DNA from: Octopus bimaculoides | Taxonomy: Eukaryota | Assembly: GCF_001194135.2 (NCBI RefSeq) | Contig: NC_068988.1 | Span: 5,453,084-5,517,083, forward strand | Length of the DNA stretch: 64,000 bases | Direction of reading: 5' to 3' | In this document: piece by piece, positions 25,249 to 38,743 of the stretch | Numbering within the stretch: position 1 is the stretch's first letter | How the letters are laid out: the number at the start of each line of letters is the position of its first letter | Position numbers and translations under genes: made by a program | Notes under the pieces: generated by a model | Told to the model about the DNA's origin: nothing | Databases searched by the model: none | The model's input: only the letters and a program-made list of their open reading frames with translations

Positions 25249-28200
25249 GAAATAATTGTAATGGCAGGAAATACTCCACAGGTGTCACAAGCCTTTAATT
25301 CCATTATAAAATGGTGGCCCCGACGTGATAAAGGATTTGCGGCAGCCGCAAGCTTTATCATTGTAGATGCCTCACCCAAACTACAGAATGGCAGTCTTTG
25401 CTCACATTCTCAACCAAATGAGCAAACATTCCATTATAAAATGGCTCACCTGACTTAGAACACGCATTTCTTTCTGTAGTTCAGTGCCAGCTTTCATTCT
25501 ACTTTAATGACCAACTGTTCTTTCTAATTTCATCTCTTCGCTACAGAAATATCTTCCTTTTATCATCTATTTTGTCTCCCACGAAATGACTTGTGAGGGG
25601 TTATCTGTAGCATACATTTGAGTGAAATTCCTCTCCTCTCTATTATATATACATACATACGAACGTAGTAGATAACAGCTAGCCTTTGGCCGCATTTTGG
25701 ACCCTGTTGTGTCCACTACTCTGATTGGTTGAGATTGGCGCAATTTGTCTCTTGCTCTATCGTGTGCCAATATACAACCCAACCAATCGCAGCCTTCAAA
25801 TAAGGGGTCGCTTGTGACAGCCTGTTTTCTACCCAGCTTTGAACCAACAATTTCTTATAAAACTCCAGCTTCTTGTTTCAAGGTCTTTTGGTTCCAGACC
25901 TATTAAGGTCTAGTCACTGACCACACAAGACACCACCAGTTCTAGCAACAGTACAACAGCAGCTACGTGGAGACTCACCAACTTTGTCCAACACCATTTG
26001 GCAACCTCTGTCTCTGTCACCACTATTTGTCCTAACATCAACATCTCTCTACGTACTCACACTGGTTACAACACTGCACTGTTCATGAATTACTTCACCA
26101 TGGATCAACAGCAAATATACAACCTGCGAGAACACCTGTACCAAGTGACACAAGCAGCAGCATCACAGCCACAACTTCACATACAACATGTACCACTCTG
26201 GCTCTGCATCATCGCCACAACTTCTTGGTACAGTATTTCAACTATCGTGTACAATTGACTATGAACTGGTATTTATCATTCTTGTGTCTATGAACTTACT
26301 CTGCACTTTGATGGCTATAGACTCATGCACTGTCTTAAGTTTATAAAACTATTTAAGTTTTGTCAACTGATCAAGCAGATTAAAGTTTGGTTATATTTTG
26401 ATGACAAGTTTCAAAAAGATAGAAACATAGCTGTCACCTTATATCTTTTAGTAAATTACCAAACTCCCTGTTAATTAATATTCTAATAAAATAAACTCTT
26501 AATTTATTGAAATCATCTCTTCTTTCTTCAAAACTTGCAATTTAGCTTTTGTATCCATTCTATAGCTAAAAGGCAAATTTGAGTACATAGACAATTTTTT
26601 TCTGTCAGTCATTTAGGCTACTGAACCATCATCATCATCATTTAACGTCTGTTGTCCATGTTGGCATGGGTTGGACAGTTTGACCAGGGCTGGCAAGCTG
26701 AGGGGCTGCACCAGACTCCAGTCTGATTTGGCATGGTTGCTACTGCTGGATGCCCATCTTAATGCCAACCACTTTGAAAGTGTAATGGGTGCTTTGATGT
26801 GCCACGAGCATGGATGTCAGTTATGTGACACCAGCATCGCCACATTGCCCCCGTGAGGTCCAATGGTCGAGTTTCTTTTTATTTCTTTAAGCTACTTACC
26901 ATTGTATCTTTTAATTATTTTAAAAGAAAGTGGCAAAGTATCTTGAATGAATCTACTAAATCATTCAGTTGTTTTTATCTATTTTTTATTCACTTCAAAT
27001 AGTAATGACGTTGAAAGAAAAAATTTTGGAAAGATTCCTGCAAAATAACTTCTGAAAGAGATCCTTCGTAAGAATTATTTATGCATGTATTCATGTGTGC
27101 GTGTGTGTGTCTGTGTGTGTGAGAGTGTGTGCGCGCACACACACACACACACACACACCCATCCACTCATGTACGTACACGCGCGCGCACACAAACACAC
27201 AAACACTCACTCATACACACACTCTGACACATAATTTGCATCGGTTAATTAAAAGGTTTAAGTCTGGTGGTACTCGGCCACCAAGTTACATACATATAGT
27301 GAGTGCGTGAATGGTCTGTTATTTTAATTAACAGAAATTATAAGCCCTTGATTAATAAAAAACAAAAACAAAAAACTCAGATGCTACGTGAAATTGAATG
27401 CTCTCCGCTGTATATAACATGACTGGAGAAGCTGTTTTGTTTGTTTACTTTATGACTTGATGTAAATCATTTGACAACAACCACAGCAGAAGTTGTTCTC
27501 AAAGTTTTTTTTTTTATTGTACGCTTTCCTTTCCTGATTTCTGTTTGTTCATATTAATCATTGTTACAATACAGTAACAAATCATAAACGTGACATTTTA
27601 TCCCAGCATAAACACACATTAAAAATAAAAAGAAAACAAAAACCAAATGTAAACTTAATTAAAAATCATTTGTTGTTGTTGTGGTTCGGCTCTGTTCGGC
27701 ATTTTCCGTAATTCGCCGTCCGCGCAATCGCATCGTAAACACTGGTCGTCCCTTCCGTTTATTATTACTTGATGGTTGCTTAAAATCTTTCTCTCCATTT
27801 CAACTCTTTCGAACTCTTCATTGTTATTTAATTCAATCGGGCTGCCAAGTACTCCGAGTTCGGCGAATTCTTCAAAGATCCAACTGATATATTCACGCAC
27901 ATTCAGACGTAATTATATTTAAATTACCCCAGCAAAGTATCAATGGGTGAGACTGCCTGTAATTGTTAATTGTTCTAATTAATAAGCAGGTTAAAGTAGG
28001 AAACCTTTATTCCAATTTTTTCGACTTGCCGATTATTTATTTTCGGAACTATGAAGAATAAAACTTTAAGAAATCATAAAGAGTCATCACGGACACGAAG
28101 AAAACAGTTTTGTCAGTACAGTTCTTGAAATCACATTGATTCAGTGATTGTATACAAATAAGGATTTCCCCACAAACAATCACATTTCGTTTTGTAATAA

Positions 28201-28282
28201 TTACAAATACAAGCTTTTTATAACATTTTACCAACTCACCCTCACCTCACAACCTCCCTAAACATTCACACACACCCAAACA

Positions 28283-28321
<39 letters not shown>

Positions 28322-28397
28322 ATGTATGTGTGAATGAGGTGTCTACTTGATATATAATTCTTCCTACCCCACAAAAGAAAGGGATTAAGAATTCAAA

Positions 28398-28592
28398 ATG
28401 GATCTAATATGTTGTGAAACTGATACACTAAGAAGAGCTTATGAGGATCCAAACCTAATTGATGATGACCGTGTTCTACAGAATCTCCTCAGTACCGAAG
28501 AAAGATATCAGCCATCAGCAAACTACTTTACATGTGTTCAGGACGACTTAAAGCCACACATGAGAGTTATGGTAGCCCAATGGATGTTAGAG
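28398..28592 (+). CDS. CCND: G1/S-specific cyclin D, exon 1
   Basis: MDLICCE (LxCxE Rb-binding motif)...[32 protein letters not shown]; GT donor at 28593. Confidence 0.96.
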
Positions 28593-28656
28593 GTATAGCT
28601 TTTATTAATAATGCTAATTGTATATGTAATACAAGTATTGCTTATTCCATCGTATG

Positions 28657-28692
<36 letters not shown>

Positions 28693-28759
28693 NNNNNNNN
28701 NNNNNNNNNNNNNNNNNNNNNNNNNNNNNNNNNNNNNNNNNNNNNNNNNNNNNNNNNNN

Positions 28760-28802
<43 letters not shown>

Positions 28803-29044
28803 TATATTTAGTAATTATCATGTATTATATATTGTATATTATGTATTATATATAATGTATTATACATTATTACTTATAAATTATATAATTTATATATATA
28901 TATATATATTTCATATAGAATATATACTGTGTATGCGTATACAGATATGTATATATTTCCATATATGTGTATGTATACATGCGTGCGTGTATGTATGTAT
29001 GTATGTATGTATGCATATATATCATATATAACACAGTTTATGTG

Positions 29045-29215
29045 GATGGGTGTAGGTATGGCTTTGTGGTTAAAACGTTCGCTTCGCAACCACGTGGTTT
29101 CGGGCTCGGCCCCATTGCATGGCAACTTGAGTAACTGTTTTCTGTTTTAGATCCGGGTCGACCAATGACTTTCGAGTGAATTTTGAAAACAGAAAGTGCG
29201 TTGAAGATCATTTTA
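29045..29215 (+). mobile_element. Degenerate tRNA-derived SINE
   Basis: Head and body resemble the 24290-24703 element (ggtatggctttgtggttaa...ggtttcgggctc...gggtcgaccaa). Confidence 0.6.
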
Positions 29216-29438
29216 TGTGTGTGTGTGCATGCGCGCATGTGTTTCATCACTTGACCACCAGTAGTAATTTCTTTTGACCTGATGACCTAGCGGTGTCGCC
29301 AGAAGAAACCGATAGAATATGTTCCAGACAGGCAGTCTCTCTCTCTCTCCACACACACACATAATGTCATCTAAGAATCCATTTGTCAGTAAAATGAGAC
29401 TTATTTGTCAATAGAGTGGATGTACTAATCAAATTATG

Positions 29439-29573
29439 GTAATTTTTCAGATTAACACCTGCACGATTTTCACTAGGGTGTTAGGGTCAGGGTTAGGGTT
29501 TAGGGTTAGTATTAGGACTTTAGGGTCAGGGTTAGGGTTAGGTAATCGTGCAGGTGTTAATCTGAAAAATTAC
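29439..29573. mobile_element. Short MITE with perfect 30-bp TIRs enclosing TTAGGG-type repeats
   Basis: GTAATTTTTCAGATTAACACCTGCACGATT (29439-29468) and its exact reverse complement (29544-29573). Confidence 0.85.
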
Positions 29574-29647
29574 TCAAATTATATTATAGATCCATTTCAA
29601 CCTAACTTACCAATCGATTTCGCACTGGGTTTTAGATAACAGCATGA

Positions 29648-31031
29648 TTATCTAAATGTATAAGGCATTCAGAGATGACTGGTTATATATATATAGTTTG
29701 CTTTTCCATTAAGGTAAGATAAAAAAAAGTACTCTATCTGGTGAGAGATATTGTTTAGTGTACATAATATATAATTATGAGCTACTGATAGTTTCATACA
29801 TTGAAATATACCTAGTGTCTTCAAGTAATCTTTGGGCTCCGAGCACATGATCTTTACAAGTTATTAATCAGGCAGAACAAGAGTAATCTCAATAAAAAAT
29901 GAGATGAAGGTGGGTTCAAAAAGTGGTAGAGTGAAAAAACAGGAAAAAGAAACAAGAGAAATTAGCGTTATGTCTCCTTTGACCATAGAATCATAAGGCT
30001 AGATGGTATAGAATCAATGGAAGGGGTCTAAAGTCTGCGACACAGCTGCTCAATCTGGAGAGTGGCTTTTCTCTAATTTGCCAAAAGAAACTTCTCCATA
30101 TGTTTGTATTTGCTGAAAATTACTGATCTGGAGTTCAGCAGTGCAATGCAATTCTTAGATCTAAAAAGGATATGCGATCATTCAGCTGCGTATACGAGCA
30201 TTTTTTTGATCCATTAGTATATGACATTGATTCTTCTATGCTTTTCCACTTGATTGTACGTGACATAGAGTTGGTCTTCAAACCCCGTATGTGGTTAGCC
30301 AACTTAGTGGCTTTACTTTTGTCCATGAGTTAGAAAAAAAGATAGGTGGTTAGCTGTTTTAAGATCTAAAAATTCCACCACTCTGCTGAATTCCAGATCA
30401 GAAATTTTCAGCAAATGCAAACATATGGACAAATTTTTTTTGGCAAATTGGAGAATACTACCCTCTCTGGATTGAGCAGACCTCCTTCTATTGATTCTAC
30501 ACTATCTAGCTTTACGACTCTACATTCAAAGACGGCATAATTCAGATTCTTTAAGTGAGAGATGTGTAGTGGTGGAGAGAGGGAGAGAATTTAGTGGCTC
30601 AGGGATGGGTGTGATCAATGTAAAATGTGGTTGGAGATGACAGTATAAGGATAAAGGATGGATATGGAGACAGATTAGTGGTAGATTAACCCATTAGCAT
30701 TTAAACTGGCTGTATCAGGTCCAAATATTCTGGTTTATATTCAAACCAACCAGATCTGGCTTCTTACACATACTTAACATTGTCATTCTAAAAATAAACA
30801 ACAATGTCCTGGTGATCTGATGAGTTAGCCTTCTAAATTTGCATTAATTTGTGGATATACAATAATAATATAAAGTTATCTAAATGTATAAGGCATTCAG
30901 AGATGACTGGTTATATATATATAGTTTGCTTTTCCATTAAGGTAAGATAAAAAAGTACTCTATCTGGTGAGAGATATTGTTTAGTGTACATAATATATAA
31001 TTATGAGCTACTGATAGTTTCATACATTGAA
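29648..31031. repeat. About 156-bp direct repeat pair (29648-29805, 30876-31031) enclosing a foldback element
   Basis: The two copies are identical except for the length of an A run. Inverted arms of about 150 bp (about 29985-30140 and 30380-30525) lie between them. Confidence 0.85.
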
Positions 31032-31337
31032 GATGTTATCTAGGCATGATTGCATACATATTAATGCAATCATGTTTGCATAATTTCTTCCACATTGAAA
31101 TTTATACTATATAAAGAAGGTTGCAAAACAACCATAATCCTAAGGGTGTCATGTGGTTAAATATCTATTTACTTCACACACCTCCTGACTTAATGGTTTA
31201 TATATTCCACATGAAATTTCGATTGGCTCTTCTGGATTTCCATTACATGGACATGCTTCATCACATTTGTTTGTATTGGATTACTATACATGCACACACA
31301 GACGGACACATATATATGTATATACATATGTGTATAT

Positions 31338-32150
31338 CATCATCATCATCATCATCATCGTTTAACGTCCGTTTTCCATGCTGGCATGGGTTGGCTGGTG
31401 TGATTGGGGACTGGCAAACCAGCAGGCTGCACCAGGCTCCAATCTGATCTGGCAATGTTTCTACATCTGGATGACCTTTCTAACACCAACCACTCCAAGA
31501 GTGTAGTGGGTGCTTTATACATGCCACTGGCATCTACCACATTTGGATAGCACTTTTTATGTGCCATTGGCACAGGAGCCAGTCAGCAGGCACTGGCATT
31601 GACCCTGTTTGGATGGTGCTTTTTACATGCCACCAGCACAGGAGCTAGCCAGATGGAACTGGCATCGACCACATTCACATGGTGCTTTTTACATGCCACT
31701 GGTATGGGGAACCAGTCAGGGGCACTAGCACTGAGCCATGCTCGAATGGTGCTTAGGCGGCAATGGCCACAACTACAATTTCGATTTCACTTGACTCGAC
31801 AGGTTTTCACAAGCACATCATATCGTCTGATGATTCAAGAGTATTTTTAAATGGGCCGGTTATGCAACACTGGCATTGGCCACGGCTGTGATTTCACTTT
31901 ACTTGCTGGGACTTCTCAATTACAGCATATCTCCAAAGGTCTTGGTGTCTTGTCATTGCCCCTGTGAGGCCCAACGTTTGAAGGTCATGCTTTACCACCT
32001 CATCCCATGTCTTCCCAGGTCTGCCTCTTCCTCTGGTTCCTTCCACTCTTAGTGTGTGACACTTCTTCATACAGCTGTCCTCATCGACACGCAACACATG
32101 ACCATACCAGTGCAGTCTCTTGCAGACCACATCTCATCCTTCTTATGTCC
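31338..32150 (-). mobile_element. RTE LINE 3' portion (ORF2 C-terminus, 3' UTR, (ATG)n tail)
   Basis: ORF 31894-32130 LHWYGHVLR...GRGRPGKTWDEVVKHDL is continuous with the 3' UTR and tail. Confidence 0.88.
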
Positions 32151-33670
32151 CACTCTTCTCCGCTCTCTGTGTCTCCTGCCGCAATGTGGGTTCGTCTAGT
32201 ATCTCAGATAGAAACCTGTCCAGATGTTTCTTGAAAACTTCCACATCACCATCACGTAGACCTCTAATGTTGCTTGGCAGAATGTTGAACAATTGTAGGC
32301 CCTTGAAACCCAGACTATTGCAGTACTGTGTCCTTCTTTTAGATGGGGAAGATGAGATCTTTGGTATGATGCAGTGCCATCCAGTTCAGTGAATGGTATA
32401 GCTGTCAGTTCTTAAACTGAGAGCTAAACCCTCCAAGATCTTCCAAATATATATCACTGCATATCTCTTTCATCTTCTCTCTGGGAAACAAAGACTCAGC
32501 TCCCGTAGCCTCTCCCAGTAGCCCATCTTTTGCATTGAGTTAATTTTCTTTGTGTATTGGCACTGGATTGCTTTGAGTTCCACAGTTTGTTTCACACTCT
32601 CTGGAGACCATAGTTAGCAGCAATAGTCCAAGTGGCTGAGAACGAAAGTTGGTTCTGAATGTCCTCGAAATCCATTTAGCCACTCGTCTGTGCAGTGTTG
32701 CCATCTAGGTAATATTCATGTGGTATGTTGCATCATTGCTCATGTGAACCCCTTGATCATGCATGGGCTCTGACTTTGTGATTGTGTTACCTTCTGGTCC
32801 AGTTTATTCTGATTTTAGCCTGGTGTTGGGCTGATAGTGGAGTGCCTGAAATTTCATAGCATTGAACTGCATGTTATTTTTAGCCCATTTGTATATTTCA
32901 TTCAGGTCTTTCTGCAGTTTTATGATGTCCTCTGGGTTCTTGACTGCCTGTGATACTCCTGTGTCGTCAGCATAACTGACTGTACCATGGAGGGCATGCC
33001 TGAGAGGACCACCACAAATAGTAGTGGCGCCAGTACAGTTCCCTGTGGGAGTCCGCTGAGAATTGGTGTCTCTTCAGAGTGAGCACCATTGGCTACAACT
33101 GTCTGACTCTTGGCCCTTTACAAAGCCATGCAGCCACTCTCTCAGTTTCCCAGTAATACCAAGGTTTCGCAGCTTGTGACATATCATGCTATGATCAACC
33201 TTGTTGAAGGCCCTGGCAAAGTCGAGGTATATCACATTTACAGCTGACTGGTTTAGCTGTTGCTTCAGTACCCAGTCAAAGTGCTGCAGCAGCTATGTGA
33301 GGCAGTTCCTCCATGAACAGAAGCCATGTTGCATGTTTGTGAGAAGTTTGTTTTCTTCTAGGAACGTGATCAGCCTTTTCTGATAATGCGTTCCATTGTC
33401 TTGCCAACATGTGAGGTCAGAGAGATGGGCCTGTAATTTTTAGCATCTGCTCTGCTCCCTTCTTTATGGACAGGACATATTATATCCTCTTTTAGCATGT
33501 TGGGAAGTTTACTACATGCAAGGAAACTCCGCAGAAGTATCTGCAGTAGCTTTGAAAGAGCCCTTTTACATGTCTTTAAGAGAACAGTCGGGAGTCCATC
33601 AGAGCCTGTTACTGAGTTTGATCTCATCAATGGCCGATAGTACATCCTTTTCTGTCATGTTGATGTAATC
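32150..33670 (-). mobile_element. CR1/L2-like LINE reverse transcriptase fragment
   Basis: GSDGLPTVLLK...NYRPISLTSHVGKTMERII, then QHGFCSWR.C, DVIYLDFARAFNKVDH and ADDTG remnants. Confidence 0.8.
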
Positions 33671-34130
33671 AATGGTTGCATATCTCCAAAGGTCTCGATC
33701 TCTTGTCATTTCCTCTGTGAAGGTCATGCTTCACTACCTCATCCCATGTCTTCCTGGGTCTCCCTCTCTCACGGGCTCCTTCCATTGTTTGGGTGTGATA
33801 CTTCTTCACACAGCTCCCCACATCCATACGCAGCACATAACCATACCAGCACAATCATTTCTCTTGTACACCACATCTGATGCTTCTTATGTCCAACTTT
33901 TCTCTCAGAGCACTTACACTCTGTCGTGTATGCACCCTCACATTACACATCCAGTGGATCATACTAGCTTCATTTCTTTCAAGCCTACGTATGTCCTCAG
34001 CAGTCTTGGCCCATGTTTCACTGCCATGTAGCATGGCTGTTCGCACACATGCATCATACAGTTTACTTCTCACTGTAGACAGAAAGGGTAAACACATCAT
34101 GGCCAGTTTGAAGTGCATGCATCCATTGAT
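33670..34130 (-). mobile_element. RTE LINE C-terminal fragment
   Basis: KLYDACVRTAMLHGSETW...REKLDIRSI, and GRPRKTWDEVVKHDL. Confidence 0.85.
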
Positions 34131-34473
34131 CTTGAAGAGAGCACTTCAAAATAATCATGGTGTGTTTACACTTTTTCGTCTACAGTGAGAATATTTCACT
34201 ATGATGGACCACAGTGAATAGCCATCTTTTAAGTTCAAATATCTCTCACACAAGTTTATATTTGTCTCAATCACTACTTAGCCCTTCTTTGCATACACAC
34301 ACACACACACATGTATACATACATATATATATGTGTGTATGCATGTATGTACATGCAGATCCATGTATTTTTCTATAAACTTTTCTAGTTTGTACTTGGT
34401 TTGTTTAATAGTGTTGTTAATTTATATCTTTCTACAAGAAGAAGAATGAATTTGTTTTTATGTGCAATTTCAG

Positions 34474-34689
34474 GTTTGTGGTGAATTGAGTTGTGAAGAA
34501 GAAGTATTTCCTCTCTCTATGAATTATCTGGACCGATTTCTTTGTGTTCACCCAATTAAGCGAAACCAGTTACAGCTTCTAGGTTCAGCTTGTATGTTCC
34601 TCTCATCCAAGATGATGCAGACAATTCCTTTAGCTGCAGAGAAACTAGTGATGTATACAGATCACTCTATTACCTTGGAGAGCCTTCTG
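34474..34689 (+). CDS. CCND: Cyclin D exon 2
   Basis: tttcag acceptor; [23 protein letters not shown]...[37 protein letters not shown]; GTGAGA donor. Confidence 0.96.
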
Positions 34690-36641
34690 GTGAGATTTTA
34701 TTCTCTATTTTTTTAATGTGTATTGAAGTGTATAAATGTTGGACTCCAGAATTGATGAAAATATAAACACAGTGCTATGTAAGATGACATAAATTGTAGA
34801 TAGAAAAGCTTCGCTGTAGGGGTTATTCATTTAACTAATTGATAAATAATTTTATGTGCATCGTTTGTATTGGTTTAAATGTCATCAACCGCCATGATGT
34901 GAAAGTGAAGGACATTTATGTTTTGCTGAAAGCATGAATTCTGCTTTTTTTATGATATGTGTAAAATAAAGATAAGTTGAAGGATATTGTGGTGATAGAC
35001 AAAAATGGCAAGTTTTATGAGGTGAGTAAGAAGATAAGAATCATCATCATCATCATCATCATTGTTTAATGTCCGCTTTCCATGCTAGCATGGGTTGGAC
35101 GATTTGACTGAAGACTGGTGAAACCAGATGGCTGCACCAGGCTCCAATCTGATCTGGCAGAGTTTCTGCAGCTGGATGCCCTTCCTAGCGCCAACCACTC
35201 TGAGAGTGTAGTGGGTGCTTTTACGTGCCATTGGCACGAAGGCCAGTCAGGCGGTACTGGCAACGGCCACGCTCAAAATGGTGTATTTTACGTACCACCT
35301 GCACTGGTGCCAGTCCAGGGGCACTGGCAACGATTTTGCTCGAATGTCCTTACATGTGCCAGGGTACTGGTGCCGAGGCATATAAAGAGTTGTGGTTTGT
35401 GAATGAAAAAGAATGGGGAAAAGCTCACTTTTGTTTGCATGTGATCATTATATTTTTAATTCCCATTTTTCTGTGCTGGTATGAGCAATGTGTCATTTGC
35501 CTTGATAGTGCATCATTTCATATGTGAAACCCAGTAACCTAAAATTTAACCATTTACTTCTGTTTGATAACAGGCAATATGGCATTTACTCTGATTTTGC
35601 TAAATTTAGATCTACACCTGCAATCCAACAATACAATTTAATAACAGGCTTATACTATTTTCAGCAAGCCCTCAAATTGTTCAAAAATATTTTCAGTAAA
35701 CCTAAAGCACCTTTTGAGCATTGGATCTCACAGAAGCAATGACAAAAGACCAAGACCTTTGGCAATATGCTGTGCTTGAGAAGAAGACCCATCAAGCCAT
35801 GTGAAATCATAGTTGTAGCAATCACTCTCGGAGTGGTTGGCGTTAGGAAGGGCATCCAGCTGTAGAAATCATGCCAAATCAGACTGGAGTCCGGTGCAGG
35901 CCCTCAGCTTACCAGCCTTGGTGAAACTGCCCAATCCATGCCAACATGGACAACAGACATTAATTGATGATGATGATGATGATACAGGATTAAATATTTT
36001 AATCATAATATTATTTTAAACATTTTTCTATAATTCTCAAACTAACCAGGCTCCCCACCTTATTAATGAATTTATTCACTTCACCTCTATAATTAGGAAG
36101 AGAAAATAGTTTCATCTTTCTTTTCTTTGGTGTCAGGCAAGTTTAAGATGAAAATTCATTTCAGTTTCTTTTCTTTCTTTATTAAGCTTGGCTATTTCTC
36201 TACTCCCTTTTGAATCCTCAAGCACTGCCCCCCCCCCACCTTATGAGAAACTGCATTAATTTGTATTTCATTACATAACTGTTTGGTAACCTTGTTTTGT
36301 AATATTTAATTTGATTTAGTGTTTGTGTGTTACTTTAGTTGGTTGAAACCAATGTGAGTTTTGGCTTGTCTGATCACTGGTTTTATTTTCTTGTATGTAT
36401 TTGGTGAATCGGTAATTTCTTGTTTAAACTATGCAGTATCAACATATAACCCAGGCCTCCTTGTCTGCTCTCTCTTCTTTTCTTGGGATTGATGCAGACT
36501 TTTCTCTTTTATCTGACATATGAGCTTAATATATATCTGTTGAATGATAAGTTTAAAATTATATTTTACTTGAAATATTTTCAAAGTTATAAATTCAACT
36601 TTTTCGTGTACATAAAAAAAAAATCTTTTATTACATTTTAG

Positions 36642-36801
36642 GCTATGGAGCTTCATTTACTGTGTGTTTTGAAGTGGGACTTGATGGCTATTACACCAAA
36701 TGATTTTATTGAACTTATTTTAAGACGTCTTCCAATAGATTCATTGAGAATAAATATCATTAAAAAACATGCACACACATTTATAGCAATGTGTTATACA
36801 G
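36642..36801 (+). CDS. CCND: Cyclin D exon 3
   Basis: AMELHLLCVLKWDLMAITPNDFIELILRRLP...KKHAHTFIAMCYT; GTGAGC donor (phase 1). Confidence 0.96.
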
Positions 36802-38743
36802 GTGAGCAAAAGACTGTTATTTTAATGTTATGAAATGGTATTTTGGTTTTAATTAAGAAAAGACAAATGAAATTTAATTACATATCTTTCTGGCTCGTAG
36901 CAGCAGCTCATTTAATTTTTAATTTTTCTGTGGATTCTGTTTTGAAAGTTTCGGCTTCTGGATATTGTTAAAGCTTTGCTTTTGCATTTTTTCCTCACTC
37001 ACAGGTAAAGTAGAAGTAAAACTCTTTTTAAGTTTAGATTAGTAAATTTATTTATATCGGATAAGCTTCAATAAAAACTTAGACATACGTATTTATAAAT
37101 GGTAAACAAATTTTGATTGAGACAAACAAACAACTTCTATATATTTAATTTGATGCGAACGACTTTTGATGAAATATTTAACTTCATTCATTTAACCTGG
37201 ATATACATTTGATGTTAGCATACCCTCAATGCTAGCAATATTGAAGAATTATAAAAACAAAATATCAAATGTAAACAAATGGATTAAACAACTTCATTTA
37301 AAATTTATAATTTAGCATTAAATTAAAAATCTGAAGTTTATTATGTAAATAATCTTTTCTCTCCTGCTTGTATAATGATTGAAAAATTTAATATACTAAC
37401 AACTATAGATATCATAACATGAAATATAGTTATAAATTACATAATAGTAAGTGAAAATATACCCAGTGTTACTTCTCTTAGTGATATATTCAAGACCAAA
37501 TAAAGATTCCAATATTTTAGGAAGAGTGGTTATTACATAATATTCTTTTCTACAGTTTATGATGAATACAGAAAATCTTACCAACTGAGAACTGCCAAGA
37601 ACAGAATGCATGTAGATTTCGGGCAAAACCCTTTCTGTGAAGGTTTATATATGCAAATACTTAACTATGCAGTCTGTAAAGATATGACCTCTTAGTTGTT
37701 ACATGTGTGACTGCTTATTATTAGTTTATTATGTATTTTAGTATAGCCAGAAAAGAGAGTGTAAATCTCTTTATTTTATAAGTTTGGTGGTGATGTAGGT
37801 ACTTTAATCTTAGGAGTGCAGGCACATTATGATATATTAGAATCACTTGATAGAAGACTGAGAGTCTGGTGCAGCCCCCTGGCTTGCCAGCTCTGGTCAC
37901 ACCGTTCAACCCATGCCAGCATGGACAATGGACGTTAAATGTTGATGATCATGATGATTTGTGCTGGTGCTATGTAAAAGCAATCAACATACTCTGTAAA
38001 GTGGTTTGTGTTAGGAAGGGCATCCAGCCATAGAAACCATGCCAAATGAGACTGGAACCTGATTTTCAATTTGTATTTTTTTCACATTTTTTAAATATAG
38101 TTTATTTTCACAGTTCACCAAGCTGCCTCTTGATGCATACCATCTAGCAGCTACTACGAGTGTGTGATATTACAATACTTACTCGCTTACTGATGTCTCA
38201 CAAATATGTGGATTCAATTCTTACTAAACTTATCTAAGTAAAAGAATTCTATTTTTCAACACTAACTGAACAACACTTTATATTTTGCTTTCACATTAGT
38301 GTTGTATTACCTTTTCTAAAAAATCCAGTGTCGCCTTTCTGGCACTTGTGCCTGCGGCATGTGTAAGGACTTTTGAGCGAGATCGTTGCCAGTGCCCCTG
38401 GACTGGCTCTTGTGCAGTTGGCACATAAAATACACTATTTTGAGCGTGGCCATTGCCAGTACCGCCTGACTGGTCTTCGTGTGGGTGACATGTAAAAGCA
38501 CCCACTACACTCTCTGAGTGGTTGGCGTTAGGAAGGGCATCCAGCTGTAGAAACTCTGCCAAATCAGATTGGAGCCTGGTGTAGCCATCTGGTTTCACCA
38601 GTCCTCAGTCAAATCGTCCAACCCATGCTAGCATGGAAAGCGGACGTTAAACGACGATGATGATGATTCAATCCTGGTTTATCCCCCACTAATAGGAAAT
38701 ATATGTTCAATTACAGAGATTTCAACCGTTTGTTTAATTTCAG

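Noticed and set aside
28532-29150. ORFs running through (TA)n and N gaps (also 47754-48285 and 62189-63711)
   Set aside because: Artefacts of microsatellites and unknown bases.
31338-31860. Regularly spaced repeat units resembling a CRISPR array
   Set aside because: These are degenerate tandem units of the RTE 3' UTR in a eukaryotic genome, without unique spacers or cas genes.
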